Assembly (NCBI GenBank): GCA_000320545.1
Contig: ADNK01001207.1
Coordinates: 1 to 58,011, forward strand
Reading direction: 5' to 3'
From: Bigelowiella natans CCMP2755
Lineage: Eukaryota > Protista > Cercozoa
Length of the DNA stretch: 58,011 bases
Below are positions 51,591 through 58,011 of the stretch, piece by piece; the first letter of the stretch is position 1, and the number at the start of each line of letters is the position of its first letter. The translations under genes were made by a program, and so were the position numbers. The notes beneath the pieces were generated by a model. It saw only the letters and a program-made list of their open reading frames with translations. It made no database searches and was not told the DNA's origin.

Positions 51591-52179
51591 TGCATATCGA
51601 CGTTTCCTTCCTAGATGATCAGTCACCTCCTAGCATCAATGGCTCTAGTGACGGCGTCAATAGCAGCAGCTGCTGGTGTAGTCTCCGCTGCTTTCCCTCC
51701 ATTGCTGCCTCCCTCCTTTTTGCTGTTGTTGTTGTTGTTCTTGGCGTCGGCAATGACCGTTTTCTTCTTCTTCTTCTTTTTCAATTTCGTCGCCGCAAAG
51801 AGCTCGATGAGCTGCCTCAGCGGGGAGGACGTGGGCTTCAATGGCGATGCTGCTGTGTCTGAGCCTGTGATTTATGATAGTTGCAGTTAGATCGATGTAG
51901 CTGGTGAAGATCATCACAAAGCTATGGCTCTGGCCTCTGCATGATCTCTCTCTCTCTCTCTATCGCTTGCTCCCCGTCTATACGCTTCTACTTCCGCCGT
52001 GTGAGTGACATCGAAATCGAGCAATTGTGTACCGGGGGAGATGGCGCTGTGCTTGAGCTCATGCCAGATGCTGCCTTCCTGAGATGGCTTCGGGGTCCAA
52101 TGAATCTGCATTCACCGAGTCGCACCGTCAGTTATGAACGATAACAATACACCACACTCACATACGTCACTCATATTAT

Positions 52180-52230
<51 letters not shown>

Positions 52231-53286
52231 CATATACATATATAACGTGTATGGGTTCAAAGGACAGGTTCAGCATAGAGAATTCGTCGGATAGACCGTC
52301 AGTGAGGTCAACAGGCATTATCATTATCGGGGGTGGGAGGGGGGGGGGGGGTGAAGGCAATAGTACATGCATTTCGCTGACCTTTTTCATCTTGATTGAA
52401 GATTTTTGGCGCTTGGCCTTCGGTTTAGCAGCAGCAGCCCCCGGAGGAAGGGAGGAGGGATAAGGGAAGCTCCAGGAGGCGGAGGCGGCGCCAGGCCGGA
52501 GGGTGGGGGGGTAGACCGACAGGTGGGGGGGGAGGCCGACAGGTGGGGGTGGGACTGATGATGATGAGGATGAAGATGATGATGGTGATGCTTTCTTTTC
52601 TTCCATAGCTAATCCTAGCGATGGTGACTCGGATTTCTGCGGGGCTGTTGGTGGTAGCAGGGTTGGGGGAGGGGGGGGAGGGGGGCCCACGCAAGGCATT
52701 TCGTGCTTCACGGTGGTGCACGTTTGTGGCGGAGGCAATAGGGAGGGGGGAGGTGGTGGGGGAACAACACACAGGGATGCTGTTGATGATGATGATGATG
52801 ATGAGGAGGAGGAGGAGGATGGTTCTTCTGCTTTCTTACAAGGTGAAGCAGGGTTGACATCAGGCATATCTGCTGTCGTCTTCTTCGCCTTTGTTTCCAC
52901 CGGTTCGGTTAGGCTAGAGTGCTGCTCCCTTCCAACTGTGAGCGTCGGCTCTGCATTAGCTTTAGCAGTCGCAAGAGAGGGTGCAGCAGTGGAAGTAGTA
53001 GAAGTAGTAGTCGTCGTTGTAGTATCATCAGCAGCACTAGCAGCAGCAGCTGATGTCTTGTCGCTTTGACAAGTCTTTTCAACATTACGATTGGATTGTA
53101 GATCGGCTGTCGTCGTCTTTGTTGTTGTTGTTGTTGTTGTTGTCTGTGCTGCTGCTGTTGCTGCTGCTGCTCCACGACTTGCTCCGTCGGTGCGTTTTTC
53201 ATCGCCATCGTCCTTCGTGTTGGGAGGGGTTGCACGGGAAATGGGCGTGGCACTAAATCCGGCGTCCTGGAGCACCTGTATATGTA

Positions 53287-53327
<41 letters not shown>

Positions 53328-54783
53328 GGTTGTGTGTTGCAGCCCATGTAGTAAGAGCGTGCTTCAAATGTAAACAGCATCAGCAGCAAACAAGCAAACA
53401 AGCTTACAAGCAACAAGAATCAATCAATACACCGCCGCACCTGAATCACAGTCTTGACTCTTCCATGTACTTTTTCGCATCCCTGAAGACACACTTTCGA
53501 ACGAAGCAAAACAGAGACAACAACGCACAGCGACATCGTAAAAACATATCCGCAAGGTGAGTTTGTTATCGCTGGCTAGCTCACGGAACAAATCAATGAT
53601 GATGATGATGATGACGAGTTGGACGACGATGACGACGATGATGAGCGTTTTTGCAGCATGATCATCGAAAGATCTCTTCCACAAGATTAACTCTGACTAC
53701 CATCTAGCGTGAGTCTCTGCCCGCTGGCGTCCTCCTTCTTCTCTCCGGTCGGTTCTCCGCCTCCTGCATGATCCTTACTCACAACAGAATAATGAGTGGT
53801 ACTTGAGGGGGGGGCTGGCTCGGCGAACAATCGAGCAGGTTTTACACTCTCTGCAGCAATACGTCCTGATGAAGCAGCAGCAGCAGCAGCTGGATCATCG
53901 TTCCCAGGTTCTGCCGGAGTTCTTTGGGCAATACACTCGAGAGAGAGGGCCTCATTTCCTGGCTCTGCTGGTGTGGTTGCAACGGAATAGCTGTTATTTG
54001 TGCTTCCTCGGATTGGAGTCGAGACGAGCTTAATCCCTCCTCCTCCTCCCCCTGCTGCAGATGCTGCTGCTGCTGCTGCTGCTGCTAGTTTCCCTTCTTT
54101 GCCCATCGCGAATTCTTTGTTGTTGCGAAGAGAAAGATTGGAGGAGGCGTTTGAAAGCTCCAAGGAAACAGCATTATCCTTAATTGTACCGGCAGCAGCT
54201 GCTGGGCTTGAGGGGAAGTACGGAATACTAGTGCTATTTCGAGTCGGTGTTTCTGCCAGGATGAGAGGCGGCATCTCTTCTCCTGCGGCCTCTTTGCTCT
54301 CTGACCCTTTCGATCGGAAATGAAGAGTAGAAACGTTTGTAGACGACTCCGAGGGAGTCCGGGGAAGGGTCCGTCGTGAAGTGGCTGCGAGTGTCAAGTT
54401 CGGTGAGAGAAGCATGAGAGAAGGCGACAGAAGGGCGGTATCTTTGCTGACTTGTCGCCGCTGCTGCTTCTTCTTCTTTTTCTGGCGTTTTTTTTTCTTC
54501 TTCTTCTTTTTCTGCTGCTGTTGTTGCGGTTGTTGTTGTTGTTGTTCCTCCTCCTGCTGCTGCTGCTGCTGCTGCTTTTCTTGCTGCCGTGAATGCAAGG
54601 ATAACTTTCGAGACGATCGTGAAAACCGAGCAGGAAGCACGGGGATGTTATCGGCCTGTTCCTTGGGAGTTTGGGGGGGAGATCTCATCCGCACATTCTC
54701 AGGTTCCATAGGGGTCCGAGGAAGGTAATTTGTTGCTTTCACGGGAGTGTGGTGAAATACTGCATCAAGGCTGTTGTGTGTAG

Positions 54784-54820
<37 letters not shown>

Positions 54821-56019
54821 CGAGGGGGAAAAAACAAACAAAAAAAAACATAGATAGATAACCAATCATCTTCCAGAGTAATCTAATTCCATATCACGGA
54901 TAAACACGACATAAAACGACGAGCCTACCTTGTGCTGTCAGCACCGTCAAAATGCGGCTCAGGCTTCACTATCATTGGGTATTCGAAGTTGTCTACGCCT
55001 GCAGCTGGTTTTTTCTCCGGCTAAAAATCATAATTTTAGTCTTCATGTTCATCGCAATCATCGCTTTAGCCATTTACCGAGTTGGTTGGGGTTTGCCATT
55101 TTGTGGGAGTTGTCCAGGGCCGAGGCGCAGCATCACAGTCCTGAATAAGTGCCGGTATGTGGCGCAATGCGGTGCTACTACTACTCCACGGCAAAAGACG
55201 TATATGTGCCTAATATTGCAGAGCCTACTCTTCTATAGCCACTTACCCAACGCCAGGAACTCGACACTCTCGGCCCACGCCTCTTCGGTTTTGACTTGCG
55301 CTCTAATACTTTCCGACCAGAACTTGCTGCAGTTTGGTGCATAGACGAGTTTTCACGGTGCGCTCCCCCATTCGATATACCAGCCGTCAACGGGTCTCTT
55401 CTCGGTTTGGACATGCATCCTTTTCTACCCTTTCGAACCCTACTCTTCTCACATTTTACTATCGATTCTCTTTCCTTCGGGCTGGAGAGATCCAGCCTTG
55501 GTCCCCGACTCTGCTGTCTCGGTACTTTAATGCTCTTCAAAGCTCTCTTCTTCAGCTTGCTTTCTTTGAAATTTGTCCGGTTTAAAATTATTTGCCTTAC
55601 AAAGGAGTGGTCATATGTGATTCGTGAGGAGAGCGAAATATAATAGGTAACGCGTAGGTGTATGTGTGTGTCTGAACGCTTGCGCGCGGTGTGTTACTCA
55701 TCGTACATATATTTATGTGCATGCCTTCAGGTAAGATTGATGTTTGACCTTGCCGACACGTTTGTGAAATAATTTTCATCATTTAATTTTTCTTTTTGTT
55801 TCCCATGCGTCGACCTTACCAACCGTCTTCTAGATCCTAAATTAGGGTAGTGCATAGAGCGTATCGGTGAGCCATCCTGATCCCATTCCCCCTCCCTCCT
55901 CCCACTCTCCTATCTCTGACAATGTGTGCGTGTGTGTGTGTGTGTTTGTGTGAGTGTTTGCGCTTGTGCATATTGTGTATACATCCATCTGCCGCTCCCT
56001 CACCTGCAGAGGTCCTCAT
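48651..56019 (-). CDS. Formin (FH1 polyproline + FH2 domain); many exons
   Basis: Polyproline tracts at ~52430-52760. FH2 motifs KMKK-IHW...SIW, LIELFA, IDARRLRNASIVLK, LKKVLQFGNFMN, FDLSALCMLSRIKSRDNRISLL, LCKYLG, FQIWQSFL. The 5' exons splice in frame from MRTSAG at 56019 (start less certain). Confidence 0.85.
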
Positions 56020-56343
56020 CGTTCCGGGGAGGGGTGATGTAGCCGTTGATCAACTGTCAGCCAGCCTTGGGATCTGTAAGTTGCCTCCTTTTACCAACTG
56101 CGACATCGAATTACGCGATTTAATCGTTGTCGCAGACATGAATCAGATCATTTAGGGATTTATCCGGATAGTACCGGGTATTTAGTCGTCACTGCCGGAT
56201 AGCCCCTGCTCGTACGCGTTCCTGATAAAAATAATGGAACCCTTCGTGGGCAGTCGTACCCGTCTGGCATGTTCGCGGCCCTAGCTTGGCCGAAGGATAT
56301 CAGGACATAAAGACAATCCACACTAAAAGGAATAGGATCTCGT

Positions 56344-56383
<40 letters not shown>

Positions 56384-56384
<1 letters not shown>

Positions 56385-57870
56385 TGCAGGCGCTGCAGGC
56401 ACTGGATCGGGTCACTGACCGCGAGGCGGTGCAAGACCGCAAAGCGATCCTGAGAGCGATCGAGCTGGTTGGAAGCTGCTCGATCAAAATCCGGAGGGGG
56501 GGGGTGAGAAATAATGGAAAGGCAGGTGCAGATATGGCATTGTGGAGGAAATGGAGCGAGCGTGTCGTGAACATGCTCAAGCATGATGACATCGAGATGC
56601 GGCACTCGGCTCTGGTTTTCCTCGAGGCCAATCTACCCTTAATGTCAAAGGCCGAGTTCAAGGCAAGGGCGAATAAACTGTCTGATAGGCTAATGGCCAT
56701 AGCTTATAAATGCCTGTCGAATGGCACAGAAACTATCAAAAAGCAACTCGCTGTGGGTCTTGCAGCAGCGCACTGCCTCACACTGATGTTCAAGCTTTCT
56801 ACTACAGCGAACATACCAATACGGGACATAATTGCGAAATGCGTTCCAAGACTGGTGCCAAAGCTCACAGCAGCCGGCGGAACTCGGAGCGTACGCTTTA
56901 GATTGGCCATCCTCCTCAATCTGGCGAGATGCCTCCGATCATCCTTCAAGCCCTTTGTGAATCAGACGAAAGGACTCTGCCTTGGGGTCCTGTTTCATGG
57001 AAATGAACGCCTCGAAGGAATGGCAATTGAGGTCTTGATGGAAATCTTCACCTGCGTCAACCCTAAGAATGGTATCTCGAGCCTCATTGCAAGCGTTCTG
57101 AAAGAGCTCTCGGCGCAGCTGCAGCTACCGATATATCGTGATAACGACGAGCACAAAGGCGCCAGCAGCAATGGTGGTGGCCATTCTCATCGGATTGAGA
57201 GCTTAGGCCTCAATCCAATCCAGAGTGCTTCGGGCTCGGTTGTCTGGCTCGAGGCATTCGAACGCCGTGTCGCCAAGTTGCTCCGCATCTTGTTTGTGTG
57301 CATTATTAGCCGAGAGGCAGAGATGGATCTAGCCGAGCTAACGAGAAATCTGCTCGCGCTTCTAGCTTCAGACGATATCGGCGTTGACAAGTATGAGCCC
57401 AGTATTCCTGTGAAGACACAGACGCTTCTCATCATTCGAGAGACTATCAGCTCCACGAGGCAGCACATAGCTCCCTACATACCCTCCCTAGTCGAGGTAC
57501 AGATAGATATTTTGATCAAAATGTTCAGAGGGAAAGGGGGGGCGGGGGCGAGGAAGGTAGACGATGGGGAGAGTGAACGGAGGATGTCCAACAAATTTAT
57601 AGCTTGCATAGAATTATGAATTCAGATGCTAAACCTAGCAATAATTCAGGTACTTTCCACCCTACTACTTTCATCGAAAGAGGCCGGCAGTAACAACGTC
57701 CTCCAAGCTTCAATTTACGATTGTCTTGGCGAATTAATGAACTTGGGCCCTGGCATTATTTCCAAACATACGGGGCCGATCATAGATCTTGCCCAACGAG
57801 AACTGCGAGAACTGCTCGGATATCTCCAGTCGCAAGCAGCTTCTTCTAGCAACGTCGTTACTAACGAAAC
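56384..57870 (+). CDS. ARM/HEAT-like protein, PELP1/RIX1-like (3' truncated)
   Basis: 411 aa helical Leu-rich ORF with W..RV.NML, AAHCLTLMF, KCVPRLV and RSSFKPFVNQTK, resembling the RIX1 N-terminal domain. A further exon starts at ~57650. Confidence 0.5.
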
Positions 57871-57873
57871 AGT

Positions 57874-57915
<42 letters not shown>

Positions 57916-58011
57916 GGGGGGGGGAGGGGGGGGGCTATATAGAGAGGAGAAAGAAAACTTTGGGGAGAAAAAAAAAATGTGGGGGTGTGAAAGTCCGAGA
58001 AACCCGTATTT

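Noticed and set aside
57878-58011. (AT)n followed by G/A runs at the window end
   Set aside because: Intronic microsatellite running into probable low-quality end sequence; no feature supportable.

Overview
Gene-dense, intron-rich (GT-AG) eukaryotic nuclear DNA, not prokaryotic. Two plastid proteins carry signal-peptide-like leaders (a green-type CAB-tailed ferrochelatase and IF-2). This points to an alga with a secondary green plastid, probably a chlorarachniophyte such as Bigelowiella (inference). About 16 genes in order: AP-4 epsilon (partial), ferrochelatase, HAD-like protein, coiled-coil protein, APC2, an unusual sirtuin, calpain, RPS9, ribophorin II, IF-2, three hypotheticals, a Moonraker-like protein, a formin and a PELP1/RIX1-like protein (partial). 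The most striking feature is architectural. Genes alternate strand almost perfectly, head-to-head pairs share short promoters, and every tail-to-tail spacer holds a 0.3-1 kb island strongly enriched in CTAG/GCTAGC/TGCA/CATG palindromes, sometimes with decayed element relics. Exon boundaries were read by eye and gene spans include introns. No tRNA, rRNA or CRISPR array was seen.
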